Notes under the pieces: generated by a model
Seen by the model: only the letters and a program-made list of their open reading frames with translations
Told to the model about the DNA's origin: nothing
Databases searched by the model: none
Shown: positions 27,032-40,124 of the stretch, piece after piece
Layout of the letters: each line of letters opens with the position of its first letter
Position numbering within the stretch: position 1 is the first letter of the stretch
Assembly (NCBI GenBank): GCA_965215505.1
Contig: OZ244065.1
Coordinates: 5,632,001-5,696,000 of the forward strand
Origin: Capsulimonadaceae bacterium
Lineage (GTDB): Bacteria > Armatimonadota > Armatimonadia > Armatimonadales > Capsulimonadaceae
DNA length: 64,000 nt
Reading direction: 5' to 3'
Program-made: the position numbers and the translations under genes

Positions 27032-29821
27032 ATGTATCTTCGCTCCCTCCTCATCCTCTCTGCCCTCTTCCTCCTGTTCGGCAACATAGCCGCAAGGGCG
27101 CAGGAGACCCAGACCCAGTACCTCTCCGGCCATGACAAGGACGATGCCGTGTTGTGGGACTTCTACAGTACCGCCGGGCGCAACGCGAACCAGTGGACCA
27201 AGATCAAAGTACCCTCGAACTGGGAGCTACAGGGGTTCGGTCGGTTCACCTACCAGACCGGCCCGCCCGCAGGCGAGGCGCAGGTCGAGGGGCGCTACAA
27301 GCGGACGTTCTCGGTGCCTGAGTCCTGGTCGGCCAAGCGCGTGTTCCTGACGTTCGAAGGCGTCATGACCGACACGTCGGTGCAGGTCAACGGCCAGTCT
27401 GCCGGGCCGATGCACCAGGGCGGGTACTATCGCTTCCAGTATGAAGTCACGAAGCTGCTCAAGTTCGGCCAGGACAACCTGCTGGAAGTGACGGTGGATG
27501 AGGAATCCGCCAACGCTTCCATCAACAACGCCGAGCGCCGGGCCGATTACTGGAACTATGCCGGCATCTACCGGCCCGTCCTGCTGGAAGCCGTCCCGAC
27601 CACCTACATCCAGCGCACCGCCATCAACGCGAAGGCCGACGGCAGCCTTGCCGTGGACGTCTACGGGAACGGCACCATCCCCGGCGATACCGTCGAGGCC
27701 CAGGTCATGGACCTCAAAGGCACCCCCGTCGGTCAGCCGTTCTTACAGTCCCTCTCCGCAGGCCCGGAACCTACCCGACTGCAAACCCAGTTCGCGGCCC
27801 CTCGCTTGTGGACTGCGGAGACGCCGAACCTCTATCAGATCGAGGTGCGCCTGAAACGCGGCGTGACGGTCCTGCACTCGCTCCGGCAGCGGTTCGGCTT
27901 CCGGACCATCGAGCTGCGGCCCGGCGACGGTATCTACGTCAACGGTCGGCGCGTCATCCTGAAAGGCAGCAACCGGCACTCGTTCTGGCCGGACTCGGGG
28001 CGCTGCACCAGCGAAAAGATCAGCCGGATGGACATCGGGCTGATGAAGGACATGAACATGAACGCCGTGCGGATGTCCCACTATCCGCCCGACCAGCATT
28101 TTCTGGACGACTGCGACGAGATGGGCCTCTACGTCCTGGATGAGCTGGGCGGCTGGCAGCACACCTATGACACCCCCACGGGTCACCGGCTCGTCGGCGA
28201 GATGGTGGTGCGGGATGTGAACCACCCCTCTATCCTGTTCTGGGACAACGCCAACGAGGGCGGCTGGAACAAGGCCCTGGACGATGATTTCGCGCTCTGG
28301 GACCCGCAGCAGCGCCACGTCCAGCACCCCGGCGGGGGCCTCTTCCGCGACGTTGATGATCCCCACTACCCCGACTATGCCCGCACCCAGCAACTAGCCG
28401 CCGGTGCCAACGTCTACATGCCGACGGAGTTCCTGCACGGGATCTATGACGGCGGGGCGGGGGCGGGCCTGGCCGATTATTGGGACGCCATGCGCTTGAG
28501 CAAGGTCCTGGGCGGCGGCTTCATCTGGGCCTTCCTGGATGAGGACGTCAAGCGCGTGGACCTCGACGGCCATCTGGACAGCCACGGCAGCAACGCGCCG
28601 GACGGCATCGTCGGCCCCTACCGAGAGAAAGAGGGCAGCTATTACACGATCAAAGAGGTCTGGTCGCCCATCGTGCTTGAGGAAGGCCGCCTCAGTCAGT
28701 TGCCGTCGGTATTCGACGGAACGCTGACGGTCGAGAATCGCTACGACTTCCTGGACGCGCGGCAGTGCCGGTTCACCTGGCAGCTACGCAAGTTCGGGCG
28801 TCCGGGTGCGGCCGGGGGGGCCTTCTCCGTCCTGGCGCAAGGGGTGGGGAAGCTGGCTTCTTCAGTCCCGCCTGGAGGCAGTGGGGCGCTCACTCTGGGC
28901 CTGCCGCGAACATGGCGGCAGGCGGAGGCGCTGGCGGTGCGGGTGGACGATCCCACCGGGCACACCCTCTATACTTGGGTCTGGCCGCTCCCGCACGCAT
29001 CGGACTATCGGGCCATCACCGGCACACCGGGAGACACGAGAACGACGGTTTCGGAAACCGCTGACGCGATCCAGGTCCGCAGCGGCGCTCTTGTGGCGAC
29101 GTTCAGCAAACAGAACGGCCGGCTTTTGTCGGTGGAGCGGGGAGGCAAGCCGTTCTCGCTGAGAAACGGCCCGCGCCCGGCTGCCGGTGAGGCCACCCTG
29201 GCGAACATCGAACACCACGCGGAAGGACCGGACACGGTCATCAGCGCCACCTACACCGGGAACATGAAAACGGTCCGCTGGCGCATGAAGAGCAATGGCT
29301 GGCTGCAACTGGACTACGACTACGCGCTCGAAGGTCCGCAGGACCTCTTCGGCGTCAGTTTCGATTATCCCGAGGCGGACGTCAAGGCGATGACATGGCT
29401 TGGGAAGGGGCCGTATCACGTCTGGAAGAACCGGGTGGAAGGCACGACGCTGGGCGTCTGGTCCAACACCTACAACGACACGATCACCGGGGATGCGGTC
29501 TGGAAGTACCCCGAGTTCAAGGGCTACTTCGGCGGCGTCCGCTGGGCACAGCTCCAGACCACTGAGGGACCGATCACGGCCGTCATGGGCCAGGATGACC
29601 TCTTCCTTCAGGTGTTCACCCCGAAGTTCCCGACGAATCGGGAGTCCCGTTATACGTCCCCTGCGTTTCCCATCGCAGGCTTGTCATTCCTCCATGCCAT
29701 CCCGCCGATCGGCAGCAAGTTCACCCCCGCCGCCCGGAGCGGCCCGCAGGGGGAGCCTGCCGTCGCCACGGGTTCGTATCACGGCACGGTCAGTTTCTAC
29801 TTCGGCGGGCTGCCCAAGTGA
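27032..29821 (+). CDS. Secreted GH2 family glycoside hydrolase (beta-galactosidase-like)
   Basis: Signal peptide; VPSNWE, FEGV, AGIYRPV, WTAETPNLY, GFRTI, NAVRMSHYPP, NHPSILFWDNANEG, PTEFLH. Confidence 0.92.
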   Translation: MYLRSLLILSALFLLFGNIAARAQETQTQYLSGHDKDDAVLWDFYSTAGRNANQWTKIKVPSNWELQGFGRFTYQTGPPAGEAQVEGRYKRTFSVPESWSAKRVFLTFEGVMTDTSVQVNGQSAGPMHQGGYYRFQYEVTKLLKFGQDNLLEVTVDEESANASINNAERRADYWNYAGIYRPVLLEAVPTTYIQRTAINAKADGSLAVDVYGNGTIPGDTVEAQVMDLKGTPVGQPFLQSLSAGPEPTRLQTQFAAPRLWTAETPNLYQIEVRLKRGVTVLHSLRQRFGFRTIELRPGDGIYVNGRRVILKGSNRHSFWPDSGRCTSEKISRMDIGLMKDMNMNAVRMSHYPPDQHFLDDCDEMGLYVLDELGGWQHTYDTPTGHRLVGEMVVRDVNHPSILFWDNANEGGWNKALDDDFALWDPQQRHVQHPGGGLFRDVDDPHYPDYARTQQLAAGANVYMPTEFLHGIYDGGAGAGLADYWDAMRLSKVLGGGFIWAFLDEDVKRVDLDGHLDSHGSNAPDGIVGPYREKEGSYYTIKEVWSPIVLEEGRLSQLPSVFDGTLTVENRYDFLDARQCRFTWQLRKFGRPGAAGGAFSVLAQGVGKLASSVPPGGSGALTLGLPRTWRQAEALAVRVDDPTGHTLYTWVWPLPHASDYRAITGTPGDTRTTVSETADAIQVRSGALVATFSKQNGRLLSVERGGKPFSLRNGPRPAAGEATLANIEHHAEGPDTVISATYTGNMKTVRWRMKSNGWLQLDYDYALEGPQDLFGVSFDYPEADVKAMTWLGKGPYHVWKNRVEGTTLGVWSNTYNDTITGDAVWKYPEFKGYFGGVRWAQLQTTEGPITAVMGQDDLFLQVFTPKFPTNRESRYTSPAFPIAGLSFLHAIPPIGSKFTPAARSGPQGEPAVATGSYHGTVSFYFGGLPK

Positions 29822-30252
29822 CGCGACTGACCGAGGTCGCGGAGCGCGTCAACACGGGAGCGGATGACCCGGAAACGTCCCGCGCCCTGGTCGTTTTCAA
29901 CCAGGCCGACCTGCCGGTGAGCGGCGTCGCCGTCTTCCGGGCCGCCATGTCCTGGCCGCGCGCCCTGCCCCTGCCACCGGTCGTGGTCACGGACGACGGG
30001 CAAGCCGTCGCTTCCGCCGTCTGTGACCGGGCCGAAGCGCCGGACCTGAAAGGCCGTACCGACCGCTGCCTCCTGTCCTTCTCCCTCTGCTTCGCCGTCT
30101 CCGATGTTCCCGCGAACGGCTGGCGCACTTACATCGCCGCCTACACGGACGCGCCCGCCCCCCCGCTCGGCGATTTTGTGGAGACTCCCGGCCTCGTTGT
30201 GGTAGAAACAACGAGGCACGGCGGCGACCTGCCGCCAGTAGGAAACTTTTGA
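29818..30252 (+). CDS. Hypothetical protein (beta-sandwich-like, LVVFN motif)
   Basis: GTGA overlap with the GH2 stop; host-like codon usage. Confidence 0.6.
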   Translation: MTRLTEVAERVNTGADDPETSRALVVFNQADLPVSGVAVFRAAMSWPRALPLPPVVVTDDGQAVASAVCDRAEAPDLKGRTDRCLLSFSLCFAVSDVPANGWRTYIAAYTDAPAPPLGDFVETPGLVVVETTRHGGDLPPVGNF

Positions 30253-30286
30253 TGCCGCCGCCGCGTTTATATGCTATACTGAAACG

Positions 30287-30619
30287 ATGTTCCTGCAAAC
30301 GCTGGTCCAACTCAATATCCTGATTCTGGCGACCCCCGCGCTGGCCGGCTGGACCCTGATGCCGCTCACCCAGCCGGGCGCGGTGCGGGCCGCCTGCGTC
30401 GTCTGGCAGGGCCGGACGGTCGAGGCGGTCGCGCCCAAATCGGAGCAGGTAGAGGTGGCGAAGACTCGGCAGGCGGCGCGTCCGCAGCCGCTCATCCTGC
30501 CGCGCTTTGTGTCGCCGAGCGCGGCTAGGCCAGCACATCAGGCCCTCGCATTCTTTGTCGCCCCGACGGTAGCCCCCGCCTCGTTTAATCCCTTCCCCCA
30601 TGCCACCCGCGCCCCCTGA
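30287..30619 (+). CDS. Signal-peptide-bearing ORF upstream of secA ending ...HATRAP*; candidate translation-arrest (secretion monitor) peptide
   Basis: Hydrophobic N-terminus ending ALA; C-terminal CGC GCC CCC TGA; TGcTATACT (30272-30280) 6 nt before the ATG. Confidence 0.6.
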   Translation: MFLQTLVQLNILILATPALAGWTLMPLTQPGAVRAACVVWQGRTVEAVAPKSEQVEVAKTRQAARPQPLILPRFVSPSAARPAHQALAFFVAPTVAPASFNPFPHATRAP

Positions 30620-30632
30620 GATCGCCCCCTGG

Positions 30633-30688
30633 CCCCCAATTCTGGGGGGATCGGAGGACGCTGTAGGGGCGAACCTTGTGTTCGCCCT
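30633..30688. repeat. CCCCCAATTCTGGGGG hairpin plus GTAG-type REP
   Basis: GTAGGGGCGAAC-CTTGT-GTTCGCCCT at 30663-30688; same core inverted at 49666-49688. Confidence 0.8.
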
Positions 30689-30758
30689 CATGACCTGGCT
30701 CCTTACCTAGACCTTTGTGAGCTGGGCCATCTTGTGTGAGAGGCAATCACTAACAACC

Positions 30759-33869
<3,111 letters not shown>

Positions 33870-33925
33870 GCGCGGCGTTGAATAGCCGGGGGTGGCACGG
33901 ATGCCGCCCCCGGTCTGGAGAGAAT

Positions 33926-35011
33926 ATGGCGGACCAGACAAACCCGTGGGCCGACCCCCACCCGGAGATCCCGTACCTGCCCAAGCCGCCCGCCCAGGCG
34001 GCTGACTGGCTTGTGGAGCATGCTCCCGTCAACCCGAATGCCGCCCCGGAGGCGCGGGCGCTCCTGCACTACCTCTACAGCCTCTCTGGGACGCACACGC
34101 TGACCGGCCAGCACAATTTCCCCGGCCAGTCCGAGTATTCCACGAACCTGTCTACCAGCCTGACCGGCGAGACGCCTGCCCTTTATGGAACTGACTGGGG
34201 CTTCGCCGCTGCGGGCGACAAGGACTCAGCCTATGTGCGGCATGAACTTACTGCCGAACTCATGCGGCGCTGGCAGGGTGGGGCGGTCATCACCCTCTGC
34301 TGGCATGCCGTTCGCCCGACCGAAGACGAGCCGGTCACATTCTCCGATAGTGTGCAGGGCCATCTCACCGATGCAGAATTCGATGCGTTGCTGACGCCCG
34401 GTACTTCCATCCACAAGCACTGGTGCGTGCAGGTGGATATGGTCGCCGAGTACCTGAAGCAGCTTCAGGACGCGCATGTGCCGATCCTGTGGCGGCCGTT
34501 CCACGAGATCAACGGGGACTGGTTCTGGTGGAATGGGCGGCGCGGGGACGACGCCCACGGAACCAAGCAGCTCTACCGCCTGCTCTATGACCGTCTGGTC
34601 AATTTCCACGGCCTGAACAACCTGCTCTGGGTGTGGAACCCGGACCGGCCCGCCCGCGCCGACCGGCAGTTCGTGGACTACTTCCCCGGCCATGACAGGG
34701 TGGACGTGCTGGCCCTGGACTGCTACGGGGCGTTCGAGCAAAGCTATTATGATGACCTGAACGCTCTGTCCGACGGCAAGGTGATGGCGATTGGGGAGAC
34801 ATCCCACTCGCCGTCCATGACCGAGTACGAGGCACAGCCTAAATGGGCCTACTACATGAACTGGGCCGTTGATACCCCGGCAGTGGGGGGCGCACAGCCC
34901 GACCTGGACGCTCGGGCGGGTGGCCCGCGCCTGCTCTGCCTGGAAGACCCGGCCTACCGGGCAGGAATCAATCCGGTCCGCGCGGCCTGCGGCTTGAAGC
35001 CGATCGAATGA
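33926..35011 (+). CDS. GH26 beta-mannanase-like protein, no signal peptide
   Basis: LTGQHN, TLCWH, WRPFHEINGDWFWW, WVWN, YFPG..VDVLALDCY, AIGE. Confidence 0.9.
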   Translation: MADQTNPWADPHPEIPYLPKPPAQAADWLVEHAPVNPNAAPEARALLHYLYSLSGTHTLTGQHNFPGQSEYSTNLSTSLTGETPALYGTDWGFAAAGDKDSAYVRHELTAELMRRWQGGAVITLCWHAVRPTEDEPVTFSDSVQGHLTDAEFDALLTPGTSIHKHWCVQVDMVAEYLKQLQDAHVPILWRPFHEINGDWFWWNGRRGDDAHGTKQLYRLLYDRLVNFHGLNNLLWVWNPDRPARADRQFVDYFPGHDRVDVLALDCYGAFEQSYYDDLNALSDGKVMAIGETSHSPSMTEYEAQPKWAYYMNWAVDTPAVGGAQPDLDARAGGPRLLCLEDPAYRAGINPVRAACGLKPIE

Positions 35012-35079
35012 AGAACCAGCCATGAACGGCCGGCCTACTCTTGGGGGAAAAATTCTTCGGGGTTGAATGCACGCCGAAC

Positions 35080-35106
35080 GTAGGGGCGCACCTGGGTGTG
35101 CGCCCT
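35080..35106 (+). repeat. GTAG-type REP
   Basis: GTAGGGGCGCAC-CTGGGT-GTGCGCCCT. Confidence 0.8.
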
Positions 35107-35207
35107 TCTTCTCTGCTTCCCTCCGCCTTCTCCTCTGCACTTTTCTCCCCGCCTTTTCCTGCCACCATCTCGCTGCCGAAGACCTCGCTCAGACACTCAT
35201 GCGCCTC

Positions 35208-35262
35208 TTGACAAACCCCGCGCCCTCGTGCTATTCTATATCCGACTGAATTAGTCGGAGAT
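35208..35262 (+). promoter_or_regulatory. Promoter with an Rrf2 (IscR type-1-like) palindrome over the transcription start
   Basis: TTGACA(35208)-N18-TATTCT(35232) with TG extension; ATATCCGACTGAATTAGTCGGAGAT (35238-35262). Confidence 0.65.
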
Positions 35263-35273
35263 TAGCACGAAAA

Positions 35274-35305
35274 ATGCCCCGGACGCTTGCAGGCGTCCGG
35301 GGCAT
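35274..35305. terminator. 13-bp hairpin in the DUF1559 leader; U-tract on the minus strand
   Basis: aaaa-ATGCCCCGGACGC-TTGCAG-GCGTCCGGGGCAT. Confidence 0.55.
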
Positions 35306-35431
35306 GGCGGGAAATGGCGGATACCACCCCTTTACCAACGGTATTCTACCCGATTTTCCTCCTGACGGTTCTTCTCCCGGCGGCTCAATCGCAATCGACG
35401 GCATCGCTACGGTTGCCGCAGGAGGAAAACC

Positions 35432-36226
35432 ATGTCATCTCACTCTCAGCGCGCCTCGCGGAAGGCGTTCACGCTGATCGAGCTGCTCGTCGTCATCGCC
35501 ATCATCGCGGTGCTTGCAGCCATTTTGTTTCCGGTCTTTTCCCAGGTCAGGGAAAAGGCGCGTTCCCTGGCCTGTCTGTCGAACATGAAGCAGATCGGGC
35601 TGGGCGTCCAGATGTACGTTCAGGACAATGACGAGCGGATCTTCTTCCGCGCGACCTCGAACGCCGCCTCTACGCGCACCGGCGCATCCATCGCGAAGAC
35701 CGCCCCCGTCTACAACTCGCTCCAGTGGTGGAACGGCATCATGCCCTTCGTCAAGAGCTACGCCGTCTTCTCCTGCCCGGATGACCCCGGCCCGACCCTG
35801 AGCGCCGATCCCGGCGGCAGCCTGGTCATCCCACGCTCTTACATCGCGTCCGCCGCCGTCGAGGACCTGACGCTGGCGCAGATCGGGGACCCGGCCCAAA
35901 CCCTCGTTATCACGGAGAAGTGGGACAAGAACGCGGCGGGGGCGGCCGTCAGCGCGCCGTGGATGGACGCCTTCGACGGCGACATGGCACCGGACGCGCC
36001 GCACGTCATGAAGGACGTCGCCGACCGCCACCAGGGCGGGCTGAACTGCGCCTTCTTCGATGGGCACGCCAAGTGGTATCGCCCTGGCGTACTCACAACC
36101 AGCCGTGACCTGACCGGCTGCACCTTGATTCACCAGTATCCGACCAGCCGGATGTGTGATGCCAGCATCCCCGGATGCACGAGCGTTCCGCCGGTCAACA
36201 ACCTGTGCAATCAGTTCACCTATTAG
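35432..36226 (+). CDS. DUF1559 prepilin-type N-methylation protein with H-X9-DG motif
   Basis: [54 protein letters not shown]. Confidence 0.93.
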   Translation: MSSHSQRASRKAFTLIELLVVIAIIAVLAAILFPVFSQVREKARSLACLSNMKQIGLGVQMYVQDNDERIFFRATSNAASTRTGASIAKTAPVYNSLQWWNGIMPFVKSYAVFSCPDDPGPTLSADPGGSLVIPRSYIASAAVEDLTLAQIGDPAQTLVITEKWDKNAAGAAVSAPWMDAFDGDMAPDAPHVMKDVADRHQGGLNCAFFDGHAKWYRPGVLTTSRDLTGCTLIHQYPTSRMCDASIPGCTSVPPVNNLCNQFTY

Positions 36227-36238
36227 GCGACCCAAAGC

Positions 36239-36269
36239 AAAAAGCCCCGCCGAACCCGGCGGGGCTGTT
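36239..36269. terminator. Intrinsic terminator between the convergent DUF1559 and pilT genes
   Basis: AAAA-AGCCCCGCCG-AACC-CGGCGGGGCT-GTT. Confidence 0.75.
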
Positions 36270-36287
36270 GACACGTCCGGCAGCGGA

Positions 36288-37349
36288 TTATGGCCGTCGC
36301 AGCATCTGCTTCATCTCGGTCACGTTCCCGGCGTTCGCCAGTGCCTCGTCTTCGGAGATCAGCCCGGCCTTCACATACTTGATCAGGCACTGGTTCATCG
36401 TCTGCATCCCCCAGAAGTTGCCCTCGGCGATAGACCCGTAAAGCTGGGACGCGCGGCCCTCCTCGATTAACTTGGCGATGGTGGGCGTGACCACCATCAC
36501 CTCGACCGCGCCGACCCGGCCCGTACCGTCCATGCGCGGCGGGAGCTTCTGCGAGATGACGCCGCGCAGCGAGCTGGAAAGCCGCAGGCAGACCATGTCG
36601 CGGTCCTGCGGCGGGTACATGTTGATGATACGGTCCAGGGTCTCCGCCGCCGACGCGGTGTGCAGCGTGGAGAAAACGAGGTGGCCGGTTTCGGCGGCGG
36701 CCAGGCCGACGCTCATCGTCTCAATGTCGCGCATCTCGCCGATCAGCAGGATGTCCGGATTCTGACGCATCATGTACTTCAGGGCGTCCGCGAACGAGTC
36801 CGTGTCCAGGCCGATCTCGCGCTGGGAGACGATGGACATCTTATCCGGGTGCATGAACTCGATGGGGTCCTCGCAGGTGATGATGTTCGCCCGGCGCGTC
36901 GAGTTGATCAGGTCGATCATGGCGGCCATCGTCGTGGTCTTGCCCGACCCGGTCGGCCCCGTCACGAGGATCAGGCCTTGACGCGACTTGGTAAGCTCCG
37001 CCAGGACGGGCGGCATGCCGAGCTGTTCCAGGGTGAAGATTTTCAGGGGGATGAGCCGAAGTACCATGCCCATGGTCCCGCGCTGCATGTAGACGTTGCA
37101 GCGGATGCGGCAGACGCCCTCCACCTCGAAAGCCAGATCCAGTTCATGCCGGTGTTCGAAGCGGCCGATCTGCTCGTGGGTCATGATGCTGTACGCCAGG
37201 TTGCGGCAGTCATCGGCGGACAGCGGGGGCGCGTCGGTCATGTGGATGCGACCGCTGATACGCATCGCGGGCGGGCTGTTGGCCTTGATGAACAGGTCGG
37301 AGGCTTTCTTGGCCGCCGCCACCGTCAGAAGCTCATTGATCTCTTCCAT
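36288..37349 (-). CDS. pilT: Type IV pilus retraction ATPase PilT/PilU family
   Basis: ASDLFI, VTGPTGSGKTTT, EDPIEF, RQNPDILLIGEMRD, ETGHLVFSTLHT, GMQTMNQ. Confidence 0.92.
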   Translation of the reverse strand: MEEINELLTVAAAKKASDLFIKANSPPAMRISGRIHMTDAPPLSADDCRNLAYSIMTHEQIGRFEHRHELDLAFEVEGVCRIRCNVYMQRGTMGMVLRLIPLKIFTLEQLGMPPVLAELTKSRQGLILVTGPTGSGKTTTMAAMIDLINSTRRANIITCEDPIEFMHPDKMSIVSQREIGLDTDSFADALKYMMRQNPDILLIGEMRDIETMSVGLAAAETGHLVFSTLHTASAAETLDRIINMYPPQDRDMVCLRLSSSLRGVISQKLPPRMDGTGRVGAVEVMVVTPTIAKLIEEGRASQLYGSIAEGNFWGMQTMNQCLIKYVKAGLISEDEALANAGNVTEMKQMLRRP

Positions 37350-37369
37350 CGCTTTATCCTTTTTGCCGA

Positions 37370-38113
37370 TTATCCCTTTATACCGATCTTGGTTCGGCCT
37401 TCTGCCACTGGGTCAGCGCCCGCGTGAGGCGGCGGGGGTGGGGGCGTCTTCCGGGACATCAGGGCGTACACCAGGACGCCCGCCGCCCCGGACGCGCCCA
37501 GGATGCCCAGCACCAGCACCCAGGGCGATCTGCGCCGGGGGGCACTGCTCCCCGCGCTCGCGGGGCGGGGCAGGCCCAGGCGGGTGAACTGCGGGTTGAG
37601 TATTTGCACCTGATAGGTGTAGAGCGTCCCGCGCTGCTGCAACGCGATCCGGACATCATTGTCGGCATAGTCACGCGGTCCCTGGAACTGATACCCGGCA
37701 CCGACGTTGAAGATCAGGGCGAGGCGCTTGTATGCGCGGAACGCGGTCAGCACCTGCTCGACCGGCAGCACCGGGGAGTTCTCCAGGACGCCGCCCGCGA
37801 TGGCGGACACGCCGCTGGTCATCCGCGCCCCCGGCACGGCCGGCGAAGGCCCGTCCGTGATGCGGCTCGGCCCCAGCGCCCACCCGGTCGCCTGTGCCAG
37901 CGCATCCAGGTCACGCTGCGCCTGTGCGTGGGGGACCGTGCGGGCATAAGTGATGTCCACGGCGTCCGCCTGGGCAGACTGCGGGAGGACCAGGAGCAGG
38001 ACGTCCGGCCGGCCCTCCGGGGCCGCGACCGGCGGGGCCTGCGCCCGGCCCGGCATCGCCGTCCCGAGCGCGGCCGCCGCCCCGACCGCCGCCATGACTC
38101 CCCATCGCCTCAT
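37370..38113 (-). CDS. Exported protein with C-terminal membrane anchor, unknown function
   Basis: Signal-like N-terminus; TM WVLVLGILGASGAAGVLVYALM; lies between phr and pilT. Confidence 0.7.
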   Translation of the reverse strand: MRRWGVMAAVGAAAALGTAMPGRAQAPPVAAPEGRPDVLLLVLPQSAQADAVDITYARTVPHAQAQRDLDALAQATGWALGPSRITDGPSPAVPGARMTSGVSAIAGGVLENSPVLPVEQVLTAFRAYKRLALIFNVGAGYQFQGPRDYADNDVRIALQQRGTLYTYQVQILNPQFTRLGLPRPASAGSSAPRRRSPWVLVLGILGASGAAGVLVYALMSRKTPPPPPPHAGADPVAEGRTKIGIKG

Positions 38114-38122
38114 TCCGACTCC

Positions 38123-39589
38123 TTACTCCGACTCCTTCGCCGCTTTCCCCGTCACCGCCCCGTACATCGCCAGCGCCCGCACGCGCTGCCTGGCATGGTC
38201 CACGACCGGGGCGGGATACTCGGAACACCCTAGATGCTCCCGCTCCGCCGCCGTCAGCTTCCACGGCGCGTGGATGGACTTCGCCGGGACGCGCGCCAGC
38301 TCGGGCACCCAGCGCTTCACATAGGCCCCATCGGGGTCGAACTTCTCCCCCTGACTTGTCGGGTTGAAGATGCGGAAGAACGGCTGGGCGTCCGTCCCCG
38401 TCCCCGCCGCCCACTGCCAGCCGCCGTTGTTCGCGGCCTGGTCGCCGTCCACGAGCTGACGCATGAAATACCTCTCGCCCCAGCGCCAGTCTATGAGCAG
38501 GTCTTTGGTCAGGAACGAGGCGACCACCATCCGGCCCCGGTTATGCATCCAGGCTTCGCTGTTCATCTGCCGCATCGCCGCATCCACGATAGGATACCCG
38601 GTCCGGCCCTCTTTCCAGGCGGCGAACAGGCTTTCGTTGTTTTCCCACTCCAGGGCGTCGAACTGCGGCCGGAACGCGCCCCCGGCGACGTGCGGGAAGT
38701 GGTGCAGGATTTGCAAGTAGAAATCGTGCCAGGCGACCTCCGACAGGAACGTTGAGTGCCCCGGCTCGGGCTGGTGTTCGCCCGGCGTTCCGCCCGAAGG
38801 CCTGTCCTTCCCCGTCCGCCGCACCGCGTCCACGACGGACCGAGCCGACATCGTCCCCAAATGCAGGTGCCGCGAGAGCAGCGAGGTCCGATCTTCGGCC
38901 AGGATGTCCCGGCCCGCATCGTAGCCGCCGACCTTGTCCTTCAGGAAGACGCGCAGCAGGTCCTGGGCCGCGTCCTCGCCGCCGGTCGCGAACGTCTGCC
39001 CCGTCGAGAACTTCAGGTCTGCGGCCGTCGGCAGCACCTCGCCGCTCGCCTCGGGCGGGGTGGGTATGTGGCGCGGGACCGGCAGCGGTGCGTCGGCAGG
39101 CCTGCTGAACCACTCGCGCTTGTACGGCCCGAAGACGGTGTAAACCGACCCCGTCTTGGACAGGATTTCATCCGGCTCAAAGAGGGCAAGGCCGGGGAAC
39201 GTCTCGACCGCCTTGCCGCGCTCCCGCAGCGCCGCCGCCACCGACTCATCGCGCTTCCGTCCGAACGGCTCGTACTCGCGCTGGTGGAAGACGCCGTCCG
39301 CCCCGAAGTCGTCTACGGCCCGGATGATCTCCTCGGGCACCTTCCCCCGCCGCACGATCAGTCGCCCGCCGCACTTTTGCAGATTAGAATCCAGCACTCG
39401 CAGCGCGTCCAGCAGGAAGGCGACGCGGGCCGCCCCGGTGTCCTCTCTGCCCAGGATATCCGGGTCGAAGACGAACAGTGGGATGACGCTCTCCGCCTGC
39501 CGGCAGGCTTCGTGCAGGGCCGCGTTGTCCGTCACCCGCAGGTCGCGCCGCAGCCACACGAGGAGTGTCTTGTATTTCTTGCCGGCCAT
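38123..39589 (-). CDS. phr: CPD photolyase (class I/III)
   Basis: WLRRDLRVTDNAAL, TSLLSRHLHLG, GRTGYPIVDAAMR, WMHNRGRM, NNGGWQW, FRIFNP. Confidence 0.95.
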   Translation of the reverse strand: MAGKKYKTLLVWLRRDLRVTDNAALHEACRQAESVIPLFVFDPDILGREDTGAARVAFLLDALRVLDSNLQKCGGRLIVRRGKVPEEIIRAVDDFGADGVFHQREYEPFGRKRDESVAAALRERGKAVETFPGLALFEPDEILSKTGSVYTVFGPYKREWFSRPADAPLPVPRHIPTPPEASGEVLPTAADLKFSTGQTFATGGEDAAQDLLRVFLKDKVGGYDAGRDILAEDRTSLLSRHLHLGTMSARSVVDAVRRTGKDRPSGGTPGEHQPEPGHSTFLSEVAWHDFYLQILHHFPHVAGGAFRPQFDALEWENNESLFAAWKEGRTGYPIVDAAMRQMNSEAWMHNRGRMVVASFLTKDLLIDWRWGERYFMRQLVDGDQAANNGGWQWAAGTGTDAQPFFRIFNPTSQGEKFDPDGAYVKRWVPELARVPAKSIHAPWKLTAAEREHLGCSEYPAPVVDHARQRVRALAMYGAVTGKAAKESE

Positions 39590-39692
39590 GTTCCTCACCT
39601 GTTCTATCTCTCTATTCTACCTCCCCCGCCGCGCAACCTGCAAAGGGCCGGGTTTATTTTCTTCGCACCCGCCTCAGCCGGGGCCATCTCCA

Positions 39693-40007
39693 TCAGTCAA
39701 GGTGGAAGACCTCGGGCAGCTCCCTGCTCTCCGGGCTGTCGTCGGGGTTTGACGGCATGATGTCTTTCATGTGCGCCCACCAGCGCCGGCACACCTCCGT
39801 CTGCGCGATGGCGTCCCAGCGCGCCTCGCTCTCCACCTCGACGTACCCGAACAGTTGAAATGTTTCGGGGTGCAGGAAGATGGAGTAGTTGTGGACGCCG
39901 TGGGCGGTGAGCGTCTGGGCCAGCTCCGGCCAGATGGGGTTGTGCCGCCGCGCGTATTCGTCCCGCGCATCCGGGTTCACGGACAGCACGAAGGCTTTTC
40001 GGATCAT
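39693..40007 (-). CDS. rhaM: L-rhamnose mutarotase
   Basis: MIRKAF..VNP...[41 protein letters not shown]. Confidence 0.95.
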   Translation of the reverse strand: MIRKAFVLSVNPDARDEYARRHNPIWPELAQTLTAHGVHNYSIFLHPETFQLFGYVEVESEARWDAIAQTEVCRRWWAHMKDIMPSNPDDSPESRELPEVFHLD

Positions 40008-40124
40008 GGTTGTCCTCCAAAGGGGGTGCCACTCCCGTTCGGCCCCGAGGCCCGGAATTCCTCCCCGCGCTCCGCTTGTATCGCCCCGCCCTATTGTGTT
40101 ATAATGCCGCAGGAGAACGCCCCC

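Noticed and set aside
39590-39604. GTTC-N7-GTTC (alphaproteobacterial SOS-box-like) upstream of the photolyase gene
   Set aside because: Single occurrence overlapping the RBS, a different lineage, and not noticed at recG; likely chance.
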